From Alphaproteobacteria bacterium (lineage in GTDB: Bacteria; Pseudomonadota; Alphaproteobacteria; Bin95), in the NCBI GenBank assembly GCA_965205265.1, contig CBDBGH010000003.1, positions 4,672,001 to 4,736,000 of the forward strand: DNA of 64,000 bases. Direction: 5' to 3'. The notes beneath the pieces were generated by a model. It saw only the letters and a program-made list of their open reading frames with translations. It ran no database searches and was not told the DNA's origin. The translations under genes and the position numbers were made by a program. Below are positions 23,686-32,873 of the stretch, one piece after another; within the stretch, counting starts at the first letter, position 1; each line of letters opens with the position of its first letter.

Positions 23686-25102
23686 CCGAGACCGACATTC
23701 CCGGCCTGGGCGTGTCGGTTTCTCCTTTCCCGGCCCATTCGAGGATGGTTCCGAGGTCGCCATGGAGTGCGGCGTGCATCTCGCCGCGCTTCGCGCCGGG
23801 GGTGAGCACGATGCGCTCGATCAGCCCCCGGATGGCGGTCGCCGCCGCGCCGCGGTCCTCGGGATGGTCCAGCGCCTCGGCGAGGCGCTCGACCTTGCGG
23901 CGGTAGACGAGGGCGATGTTGGGGTGGATGTCCGGGAGGTCGGCCGGAACGGCGGCGAGGCGTTCGTTCAACGCGTCCTGGCGCGCTTCCAGCTCGCGCA
24001 GCCGGTCCACCATGCCCCGGACATAGCCACCGTCCTCGATGACCGAGATCATGGCGGCGATCTTCCTCTCGATCTCGGCGAGTTCCTTGCGGTCGCTCGC
24101 GCCCGAGGCGCGGCGCTCGCGGTTGAGCCGGTTGGTCTCTTCGGCATATGCCTTCATCGCCTCGGCGGCGGCCTTCGGCGCCATCAGCCGGTCCTTCAGC
24201 CCGGCGAGGACGCGTTCCTCGATCTCTGCGCGGCGGATGCCCCGGCCGTTGGCGCAGGACCCCGTCATGACGTGGCTGGAGCAGCCGTAGCGGTCCTGGC
24301 CGCGCATGGAACAGGGGCCGCCGCAGACGCCGCATTCGAGCAGGCCCGAGAGCAGGTGCCGGGGCCGGTGGGCGCCGTTCAGCCGGTTGGAGCGCGCGCT
24401 TTGCGTGGCCGCGATGACGGTGGCGTATTGCACCGTGATTTCGCCCTGGCGGTCCTTCACCGCCTGCCACAGTTCGTCGTCGACGATGCGGAGCTCGGGA
24501 ACCTCGGCGACGATCCACTCCTCCGGCGGGTTGATGCGCGAGACCCGCCTGCCGGTCTCCGGGTTCTTCATGAAGCGCAGCCGGTTCCACACCAGCCGGC
24601 CGATATAGAGTTCGTTGTTGATGAGGCCGGTGCCGCGCTTCGCATGGCCCCGGACGGTGGAATCGGTCCACAGCCTGCCGGACGGGCCGGGGACGGCCTC
24701 GTCGTTCAGCCGCCGCGCGATCGCGCGCGGGCTCGCGCCGGAGGCGAACTCCCGGAAGATGCGCCGGACGATCTCCGCTTCCGCCTCGTTGATCCGCCGC
24801 TCGCCCCGGATCGGCTCGCCGGCGGCGTCGACCGCCTTCACCACATCGTAGCCGTAGCAGAGCCCGCCGCCCGACTTGCCGGCCTCCACGCGGCCCCGCA
24901 GGCCCCGATGCGTCTTCGCCGCGAGATCCTTCAGGAACAGCGCGTTCATCGTGCCCTTGAACCCGACATGGAGTTCGTCGATCTCGCCCTCCGCCAGCGT
25001 CACCACCGTCACCCCGGCGAAGCGCAGGTGCTTGTAGAGCGTCGCCACGTCCGCCTGGTCGCGGCTCACCCGGTCCAGCGCCTCCGCGACCACGACCTCG
25101 AA

Positions 25103-26439
25103 GGGCCTTACAAAGATGAGTTGACGGCGTCATGCCGCCAGCATCCCTGCGTTTTCACGGATCGCAGGGGTCCGCAAGCCGGAACGCCCCTCCCCGTGCA
25201 GCAGCGCCAGTCCCCGACGCCGGATGTTGCTGCCGGCATTCGCGTCGGCATGGTCCGCATGGCCGCAGGCCGTGCACTGGAATTCGGCCCGCGAACGCCG
25301 CGAGCCGGCATCGACATGGCCGCAGGCGGCGCAGGTCCGGCTGGTATGGGCCGGGTCGACCGCGAGCAGCCGTCCCGCCTTGTAGCCGAACATGAAGCGC
25401 AGTTCCGCCCATCCCGTGGCCAGGATGACGCGGTTGAGCCCGGCCTTCTGCCGGACCCGGGCGCCCGGCTCCTCTGTCGTGCCCCGGGCGCTGCGCGTCA
25501 TGTTCCGGACCCGGAGGTCCTCGACGGCGACGGTATGGGCGGCGTCGGCGACTGTCCGCGAGACATGGTGGCGCCAGTCGCACCGCATCCCGGAAAGGCG
25601 CCGCCTCGTCTTCGCCAGACGGGCGCGGGTGCGCTCCCGGCGCCCGGAGCCGCGCTTCTGGCGCGCCAGACGCCGGGCAAGGCGCTTCGCCCTCGCCTCC
25701 AGCCGCCGCGTATCCGGGGCATGGAACAGGCGGGCTTCCGGCCCCGGACCGCTCGCCGCCACCTGGCCAGCGTTCATGTCCACCCCGATGACGCTGTCGT
25801 CATCCTCGTGGACCGCCGGCGCCGGGACCCGGTAGCAGACCACGGCGTACCACTTGCCGGCCTCGCGCTTCAGCACCGCCGAGACCGGCTCGCCATCCCC
25901 ATGCGGGTTGCCGCCCCGCCGGCGGACCGCAAGCGGGCCGAAACCCGGAAGGCGCAGGCAGGCCGCGCCGGACCCGCAGTCCGCGCCGGGCCGGGCCCGG
26001 TCCTCCAGCCTCACCCCCGAGACGAAGGAGAGGCTGTCGAACCGCCGGCGGGACCGGAACCGGGGAAAACCCGGCTTCTGGCCCGCCTTCACCCGCCGGA
26101 AGAAGCCCTTCATCGCCTCGTCCAGGCGCTTCAGCGTCCCGCGCTGCACGGCGACCGGAACGGCCGCCATCTCGGGGTCCTCCCGGCGGCACACCGTCAG
26201 GCTCTTCGCCTGGTCGATATAGGAGAGCGACCGCCCGGCCAGACGCCAGGCGTCGCAGCGTTCCTGAAGGGCGGCGTTGTACAACTGCCGCTGCGCCTCC
26301 AGAACCCGCTCCAGACGCCGCCAAACGGACCGGCGGCCCGGCAGAAGCCGGAATACCACCTGACGGTGCGTGAAGACCTCGCTCATGCGGCCGAACTGGA
26401 TACGATACACGGCAATGTCAACTTACCTTTGTAAGCCCC
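25103..26439 (-). mobile_element. Non-autonomous TnpB-only element with 23-bp TIRs and 8-bp TSD
   Basis: TIRs 25103-25125 and 26417-26439 (20/23 match); ACCTCGAA at 25095-25102 and 26440-26447. Confidence 0.9.
25130..26386 (-). CDS. tnpB: TnpB RNA-guided endonuclease
   Basis: LYNAAL, GFPRFR, RuvC GVDMN / VEDL / HADANA, CxxC..CxxC zinc finger; alternative GTG start at 26410. Confidence 0.93.
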   Translation of the reverse strand: MSEVFTHRQVVFRLLPGRRSVWRRLERVLEAQRQLYNAALQERCDAWRLAGRSLSYIDQAKSLTVCRREDPEMAAVPVAVQRGTLKRLDEAMKGFFRRVKAGQKPGFPRFRSRRRFDSLSFVSGVRLEDRARPGADCGSGAACLRLPGFGPLAVRRRGGNPHGDGEPVSAVLKREAGKWYAVVCYRVPAPAVHEDDDSVIGVDMNAGQVAASGPGPEARLFHAPDTRRLEARAKRLARRLARQKRGSGRRERTRARLAKTRRRLSGMRCDWRHHVSRTVADAAHTVAVEDLRVRNMTRSARGTTEEPGARVRQKAGLNRVILATGWAELRFMFGYKAGRLLAVDPAHTSRTCAACGHVDAGSRRSRAEFQCTACGHADHADANAGSNIRRRGLALLHGEGRSGLRTPAIRENAGMLAA

Positions 26440-26670
26440 ACCTCGAACATCCCCCGCCGCGCGTCCTCCAGCAGCGCCTGGACGCCGGGGCGCAGGATCA
26501 CGCTGTCGCCCGAGATGGCGGAGTCCCTGTAGGCGCCCGCCACCTTCCAGCCCTCGCGCGCGGCGCGCTCGCGGCAGATGCGGAACTGGTCCTCTATGGA
26601 AGCCGCCCGCTGCTGGTCGGACGAGTAGCGGGCATACAGCGCGCAGCGAAGGGGCATGATGAAGGGTCTC

Positions 26671-26889
26671 CTATCTCTCGCCGGCCTCCCCGGTCGGTGC
26701 ATTGTCGTTGGCCGCGGCGCGCCTGTCGAATTGCTCGCGCGCGATGCGCCGCCCGAGCAGCCAGGCCAGCCTCGCCACGGCGGCATCGACCCGCGCTTCC
26801 GGATCGTCTGTCCTGGCTCCCGGGCCGGGATTGTCGTTCGCCGCCGCGCCGCCCGTGGCGGCAATCCCGCGTTCCCCGCTCTCCGGCAT
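26671..26889 (-). CDS. Small hypothetical protein upstream of the serine recombinase
   Basis: 72 aa, co-oriented, LAWLLGRRIAREQF flanked by two AANDN repeats. Confidence 0.5.
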   Translation of the reverse strand: MPESGERGIAATGGAAANDNPGPGARTDDPEARVDAAVARLAWLLGRRIAREQFDRRAAANDNAPTGEAGER

Positions 26890-27072
26890 CCCCTCGCGCC
26901 TCCCGTAGCACCATGCTTCCGGGAACAGGTCTGGGTCCGCGGTCCGGCCCTGTCAAACCGGTCATGTATGGGAGTTCCCGCATCGAATCATCCCCTTGCG
27001 TGCCCTTGGCCGCCCCTGGCGCGGCATGCCGCGCCAGGGGGATGATCGACAAAAAATCGCCGGCCGCGCGAC

Positions 27073-27480
27073 TCATGATCCTTCCCGATCGAAGAGCGGA
27101 ATACCCATGGCGCGGGCGACGGCGGTCATGCGCTGGTCGTGGCTCGCGAGCGTCACCTCCTGACCGTTCTCGGCCAGATACGCGCACGACGCCAGATGCA
27201 GGGCGTCGAGGGTCCGCAATGTTAGCGGACCGGGGCCGGGAAACGCCTCCAGCGCCCGCGCCAGAACCCGCCGGCTCAGCTCCAGCAGCGCGACCCGCCC
27301 GAGCAGACCGCGGGCCGCCTCGCCATGCGACCCGGCAAGCCCGCGCCGGTGCAGCGCAGTCCATATCTCGTATTCCAGCAGCCGGCTGGAGACCAGGGTC
27401 TCGTCCCACAGCGAGACCGGCGGCTGTTGATCCTCGGTGAGGAGATGCGCAAGCGCGACCGACGTGTCGAGATAGATCAC
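27073..27480 (-). CDS. vapC: PIN-domain toxin
   Basis: MIYLDTS, LRTLDALHLAS. Confidence 0.9.
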   Translation of the reverse strand: MIYLDTSVALAHLLTEDQQPPVSLWDETLVSSRLLEYEIWTALHRRGLAGSHGEAARGLLGRVALLELSRRVLARALEAFPGPGPLTLRTLDALHLASCAYLAENGQEVTLASHDQRMTAVARAMGIPLFDREGS

Positions 27481-27770
27481 CGGTCGCGCCGGCTTTCGTC
27501 CAGCTCCGCCAGAACATCGTCCAACATGGCGACCGGCGGCGGCTTCGGCGGCATCCCCGAGCCGGACAGCGCCGGCGGCGCGAGAACGCCGGAGCGCACC
27601 GCGTCGGCCAGGAAGGCGTCGGCGAGGATCGGGCTCCGGGATTCCCTCAGCGGGCCGAGTTCCGCCACGACCTGATCGCGGTCGGTCACGAGAATCGTTT
27701 CGCCGGACGCCGCAAGCCGGACATATTCGCTCAGCTTGCTGTTCAGAACCTTGATCCCGACCGATCTCAT
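27477..27770 (-). CDS. Phd/YefM-type antitoxin
   Basis: MRSVGIKVLNSKLSEYVRLAASGETILVTDR; overlaps the toxin start. Confidence 0.85.
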   Translation of the reverse strand: MRSVGIKVLNSKLSEYVRLAASGETILVTDRDQVVAELGPLRESRSPILADAFLADAVRSGVLAPPALSGSGMPPKPPPVAMLDDVLAELDESRRDR

Positions 27771-27874
27771 GCGCTCAAGGTAGCGACCGATCGCTACCGC
27801 GTCAACCGCCAGCGCCACCGCCAGCGCCAGCGGCCCTGCCCGTCAGGTGTCCCCGGACCTCCTGCGCCGGCCGT

Positions 27875-28630
27875 CTACCGGTAGATGTCGAACGGAAAAT
27901 ACCGGGCGCTGATCCTGCGGTAGGCGCCGTCGGCGAGGATCGACCGAAGCGCCCGGTTCAGCCGGTTGCGAAGCGCGTCGTCTTCCTTGCGCACCGCGAT
28001 GCCGATGCCCTCGTCGAGACGGTAGCCGTCGCCTACGAAAGCGAAGCCGGCGCCCTCGGGGGTCCCGAGCCAGCTCCAGAAGCCGAGGCTGTCGCCGAAC
28101 ACCGCATCCAGCCGGCCCTCGACAAGACCCCGCATGAGCGCGTCCTGACCGGCGTAGAGCCGGATGGCGGCAACTTTCGACAGGTTGGCGTCCAGCCAGT
28201 CCGAAGCGACGGTGGCGCGCGCCGCGCCGACGGTCCGGCCCGCCGGCGCGGCGGGATCGAAACCGGAGCCCTTGCGGGCCACGAAGCGGACGACGTTGCT
28301 GTAGTAGCGGTCGGTGAAAGCCACCAGACGCCGGCGCCTGTCGGTGATCGACATGCTGGAGACGATGGCGTCGAAACGGCCGGCGCGCAGGGCCGGGATC
28401 AGCTCTTCCCAGTCCCGGCGGACGAAGGCGCATTGGGTTTCCAGACGCGCGCAGAGCGCACGGGCGATGTCGATGTCGAAGCCGACGAGCCGGCCCGCAT
28501 CGTCGACCTCGCTGAACGGCGGGTAGGTGGGGTCGACGCCGATGCGCAGCCTCTCCGGCGCCGCGTCACCGCCGAACGCGGGTGCACAGGACAGCAGGGC
28601 AAGGAGGAATGCTGCGACCAGCCTCTTCAT
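27875..28630 (-). CDS. Amino-acid ABC substrate-binding protein (orphan)
   Basis: Signal peptide, YPPFS, GFDIDIARALC, ITDRR. Confidence 0.88.
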   Translation of the reverse strand: MKRLVAAFLLALLSCAPAFGGDAAPERLRIGVDPTYPPFSEVDDAGRLVGFDIDIARALCARLETQCAFVRRDWEELIPALRAGRFDAIVSSMSITDRRRRLVAFTDRYYSNVVRFVARKGSGFDPAAPAGRTVGAARATVASDWLDANLSKVAAIRLYAGQDALMRGLVEGRLDAVFGDSLGFWSWLGTPEGAGFAFVGDGYRLDEGIGIAVRKEDDALRNRLNRALRSILADGAYRRISARYFPFDIYR

Positions 28631-28855
28631 GGAACCCCGAACCTCCGACATCGCCATGGCGGAACCCTATGCCGCCGACCCCGCCCGCGCCAGCGGAGAT
28701 TGAAGTCCGCCGCGAAAGACGACGCCGACAGCCTTGAAGGGTGCAACACCGGCATTGCCCGTTTCGAGACCTGCCCGACCTTCACGCGCGTTGTGGTCCG
28801 CATGGCGGTCAGGTTGTCGTGGCGGCGAACGGCGGTTCCCGGATATGCTTCGCCG

Positions 28856-29725
28856 ATGCTCGTTCCTGTGCCCGACCCCTCGCCCGTGGACCGCCCAGAG
28901 GCGGATCGCCAGCCGGATCTGTTCGACGGCCGCGGCCGGGCCGATGTCCGCAGCCGGCGGGAACATCCGGTCCGGCCGGTGCTACCCGCGCCGGCCTCGC
29001 TCGGCGACGACGAACTGGCCGGACGGTTTGCGGAGGCGGGGCCGTCGGAGATCGACGCGCTGTGCGCAAAGGTCGTCGCGCGGCCGCTGCCGGCGGCGGT
29101 TCCGGCGCTGGAGGCGCTTTGGCGCCGATTTCACGGTTTCGGCATCGATCGGCCGCTGCGGGAACAGTGCGCCGTGCTGGAGACGCTGGCGCGGCTGGAT
29201 GGTTCCGGGACGCGGGCCGCGCTGAGGCGGATCGTTCTTTCAGCGGGCCTGCCTACCTCGCTGCTGCCAATTGCGCTGCGGTCCGCCGCCGATGCCGGGG
29301 TGGTCCTTCCTGCCGCCTTCGTCGCGGATTTTCTCGAACATGACGACCCGGCGTTGCGCCGGGCGGCCTTCGACCTTGCGCCCGGAGCGAAGATACCGGC
29401 GCCCCGGCTCCGGGAGGGGCTGTCCGACCGGGATCTTCCGATCCGCCTAGCGGCGGCGGCCGCGCTGGCGCATCGGGGCGATGCCTCGGGCCGGGACGTG
29501 CTGATCGCCGAATTGACGGTCGCGCCCTCGACCGCGCTCGTCGAGGCGCTGGGCGCGCTCGGCGACGACGCGGCGATCGTGTCTCTCGGGCGCTGCGCGA
29601 TGCGCCGCCCGGAATTCGCGCCAGTCGCGGTCGCCGTCCTGCGCGACATGGGCAATCCGCGTGCCGACAGGCTTGCCGCCCGCCTGGAGGCGGGGCCTGC
29701 TGGACCGGGAGAAGGGGCGGGATGA
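28856..29725 (+). CDS. HEAT-repeat-like helical protein
   Basis: LEHDDPALRRAA, LSDRDLPIRLAAAAAL; stop overlaps the next start. Confidence 0.6.
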   Translation: MLVPVPDPSPVDRPEADRQPDLFDGRGRADVRSRREHPVRPVLPAPASLGDDELAGRFAEAGPSEIDALCAKVVARPLPAAVPALEALWRRFHGFGIDRPLREQCAVLETLARLDGSGTRAALRRIVLSAGLPTSLLPIALRSAADAGVVLPAAFVADFLEHDDPALRRAAFDLAPGAKIPAPRLREGLSDRDLPIRLAAAAALAHRGDASGRDVLIAELTVAPSTALVEALGALGDDAAIVSLGRCAMRRPEFAPVAVAVLRDMGNPRADRLAARLEAGPAGPGEGAG

Positions 29726-32223
29726 CGGCCGGCCGGCCGGCTCCGGATTCGTCCGCGCAGCACGACCTGCCTGGCATGGCGGGCGGCGGCGGGAGTGTCC
29801 CGACCGGCCGCGACGAGGCCGATGAGGCCGCACGGATTCGCGTCCGGCTTGCCGGCCTTGCCAAGGAGCGGGCGTCCCTTGAGACCCGGCTGGCGGAACT
29901 GGAACGGGCCCGCCCGGCCGTGCCGTACCGCGATCCGGCCGGGATGCCGGTGACGGACCGCTCGCCTCCGGATATGAAGATCGCGCTGTTCCGCGCGCTG
30001 TTTGCCGGCCGGGAGGACGTGTTCCCGCGGCGCTGGGAGAATGCCCGGACGGGCAAGGCCGGCTACGCGCCGGCCTGCGCCAACGAGTGGAAGCCGGGCT
30101 TGTGCGCCAAGCCGCGCGTGCGTTGCGGCGCCTGCCCCAACCGGGCCTTCCTGCCGGTGACCGACGCGGAAATCGCCGCCCACCTGCGCGGCCGCCATAC
30201 CGTCGGCGTCTATCCCCTGCTTCCGGACGGGACCTGCCGGTTCCTCGCGGCCGACTTCGACAAGGCGGCGTGGCGCCGCGACGCCGGGGCCTTCCTGGAC
30301 GCCTGCCGGTCAAAGGGGGTGCCGGCGGCGCTGGAGCGTTCGCGTTCGGGCCATGGCGGCCATGTCTGGCTCTTCTTCGCCGAACCGGTGTCCGCGGCGC
30401 TGGCGCGGCGGCTGGGCTCGCATCTGCTGACCGAGGCGATGGCACGCCATCCGGACATCGGGTTCGGTTCCTACGACCGGTTCTTCCCGAGCCAGGACAC
30501 GGTGCCCGAGGGCGGGTTCGGCAACCTGATCGCGCTGCCCCTCCAGGGCCGGCCGCGCGCGGACGGCAACAGCGTGTTCCTCGACGGGAACCTCGAACCC
30601 CATGCCGACCAGTGGGCGTATCTGTCGTCGCTGCGGCGCCTGCCGGAGGCAGAAGCGGAAGCGATCGTCGGCGAGGCCGCCCTTCGGGGCCGGATCGTCG
30701 GCCTGCGCCTCCCGCTGGAAGACCCCGAAACGGACGGTGGCGAAGAGCCTTGGGCCGCGCCGCCGTCGCGACGCCGAGCCCTGCCGCCCCTCTCCGGACC
30801 GCTGCCGGAGCGGATCGGGGCCGTGCTGGCGGACCGGCTTTACGTTCCGCGCGCCGGCCTGCCGCCGGGCCTGGTCGACCGCCTGGTGCGTCTGGCTGCG
30901 TTCCGGAACCCGGCCTTCCATGCCGCCCAGGCGATGCGGCGGTCGACTTGGGGCATTCCGCGCATCGTCGCCTGCGCCGAACTGCTCCCGAACCACGTGG
31001 CCCTGCCGCGCGGCTGCCGCGACGAGATGGGGTCGATGCTGGCGGAACACGGTATTGCGCTCGATGTCCGCGACGAGCGCAATCCGGGCCGACCGGTCGA
31101 GCCCGCCTTTCTGGGCGCGTTGACCCCCGAGCAGAAATCCGCCGCCGACGCGCTGCTGGCGCACGAGACCGGCGTGCTCGCGGCGGCGACCGGCTTCGGC
31201 AAGACGGTGGTCGCGGCCTCGGTCATCGCCGCGCGCGGGACGAACACGCTTGTCCTCGTTCACCGCCGCCAGCTGATGGACCAGTGGCTCGCCCGGCTCG
31301 GGGCGTTCCTTGACCTGCCCGCCTCCGCCCTCGGGCGGATCGGCGGCGGGACGCGCCGGCCGAGCGGCATGGTCGACGTCGCGGTGATCCAGAGCCTGGT
31401 GCGCAGGGGCGAGGTCGACGACATCGTGGCCGGCTACGGGCATCTCGTGATCGACGAGTGCCACCATCTGCCGGCAGTCAGCTTCGAGACGGTGGCGAGC
31501 CGCGCGAAGGCGAAATACGTGCTCGGGCTGTCGGCCACCGTGACCCGCCGGGACGGGCACCATCCGATCGTGTTCATGCAGTGCGGTTCGGTCCGGTATC
31601 GCACGCAGGCGAAGGCGGAGGCCCGGCGGCGCCCGTTCCGGCATCGCGCGGTGCTGCACGGCACGGCCTTCCGGCTGCCGGAGGACATGGGCGGGAAGCG
31701 CCCGGCGATCCAGCGGCTCTACGGGCTGCTGGCGGCGGACGGGGCACGCAACGACCTGATATTCGATGGCGTGCTGGCGGCGTTGGAGGCCGGGCGCTCG
31801 CCCATGGTGCTGACCGAGCGCCGCGACCACGCGGAACATCTCGCCGGCCGGCTGGAGGGCTTCGCCCGCAACGTCGTGCTGCTCAGGGGCGGGCTCGGCG
31901 TGCGCCGGCGGCGCGAGACCGCGGAGCGGCTCGACGCCATTGCCGACGGCGAGGAACGGGTGCTGGTCGCCGTCGGACGCTATGTCGGGGAGGGGTTCGA
32001 CGACGCCCGCCTCGACACGCTGTTCCTGGCGATGCCGATCTCCTGGAAGGGTACGCTTGCGCAGTATGCCGGGCGGCTGCACCGCCGGCATCCGGCCAAG
32101 CGCGAGGTGGTCGTCCACGATTATGTCGACCGCGCGGTGCCGGCGCTCCGGCGGATGGGCGAGAAGCGTATCCGGGGATACCGCAGCCTCGGCTACACGG
32201 TCGAGGACGGCGAGTTGCCTTGA
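29722..32223 (+). CDS. AEP-like primase domain (TOTE-type) fused to an SF2 helicase
   Basis: LFAGREDVFPRRW, FLAADFD, RSRSGHGGHVW, GNLIALP; ATGFGKT, DECHH, QYAGRLHR. Confidence 0.85.
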   Translation: MTAGRPAPDSSAQHDLPGMAGGGGSVPTGRDEADEAARIRVRLAGLAKERASLETRLAELERARPAVPYRDPAGMPVTDRSPPDMKIALFRALFAGREDVFPRRWENARTGKAGYAPACANEWKPGLCAKPRVRCGACPNRAFLPVTDAEIAAHLRGRHTVGVYPLLPDGTCRFLAADFDKAAWRRDAGAFLDACRSKGVPAALERSRSGHGGHVWLFFAEPVSAALARRLGSHLLTEAMARHPDIGFGSYDRFFPSQDTVPEGGFGNLIALPLQGRPRADGNSVFLDGNLEPHADQWAYLSSLRRLPEAEAEAIVGEAALRGRIVGLRLPLEDPETDGGEEPWAAPPSRRRALPPLSGPLPERIGAVLADRLYVPRAGLPPGLVDRLVRLAAFRNPAFHAAQAMRRSTWGIPRIVACAELLPNHVALPRGCRDEMGSMLAEHGIALDVRDERNPGRPVEPAFLGALTPEQKSAADALLAHETGVLAAATGFGKTVVAASVIAARGTNTLVLVHRRQLMDQWLARLGAFLDLPASALGRIGGGTRRPSGMVDVAVIQSLVRRGEVDDIVAGYGHLVIDECHHLPAVSFETVASRAKAKYVLGLSATVTRRDGHHPIVFMQCGSVRYRTQAKAEARRRPFRHRAVLHGTAFRLPEDMGGKRPAIQRLYGLLAADGARNDLIFDGVLAALEAGRSPMVLTERRDHAEHLAGRLEGFARNVVLLRGGLGVRRRRETAERLDAIADGEERVLVAVGRYVGEGFDDARLDTLFLAMPISWKGTLAQYAGRLHRRHPAKREVVVHDYVDRAVPALRRMGEKRIRGYRSLGYTVEDGELP

Positions 32224-32795
32224 ACAAGAGCTGACCTTCGACGGCGTGTCCGAACAGGATTGCCAAGGCTGCCAGCGGTTCTCCCGCCGGCCTCAGGCCT
32301 TGACGCCGCAGCGCTCCCGGATCGCCCCGGCCAGCGCCGCCACCCCGCGCCGCGGCGCCTTGAGGACCTTCGGCCCGCGCAGCACGGCCGTCGCCTTGTG
32401 CGGGATTTCCGTAGAGGTCCAGATCGCGGCGAGATCGCACCAGTCGAGCAGCGGCCCGACCGTCCGCCGGTTGGGCGTGGTATCCTCGGTCACGAAACGC
32501 AGGGCGAGCCGGCCGGCGCAGAGCCGTTCGAGTTCGCCGCGCGTCCCCGGCGAGCCGCCCGCCACCAGCAGTTTCGTCCAGCCCGCACGCGCCATCGCCG
32601 CCAGCATGCGCTCCACCGCGCGACGGCCGGCAGGCCGGGTTCCGGCAGTGCCGCACGAAGGCCCGGCCGAGCGCCCGATCCACCGCATCGACCTTGCCGG
32701 CGGCGATGCGGCGCTTGCCGGGCCGGGTCAGCCCCTCCCGGCAAAGCAGCGCCCAGCGCCCGGTCGCCCTTGCCCTTGCCCTTGAAGCCGTCAAT

Positions 32796-32833
32796 ATATT
32801 AACATTGAAACTAGATATTAACATTGAAACTAG
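32796..32833 (+). repeat. AT-rich 19-bp tandem direct repeat upstream of the lipoprotein
   Basis: ATATTAACATTGAAACTAG x2. Confidence 0.9.
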
Positions 32834-32873
32834 CGCCTGTCTAACGGGGGGCAGGTCAGGAGACCCTAGCGAC

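Noticed and set aside
25130-26386. Cas12f-type CRISPR effector or canonical IS605 element
   Set aside because: No CRISPR array, no tnpA, and the ends are TIR/TSD type.
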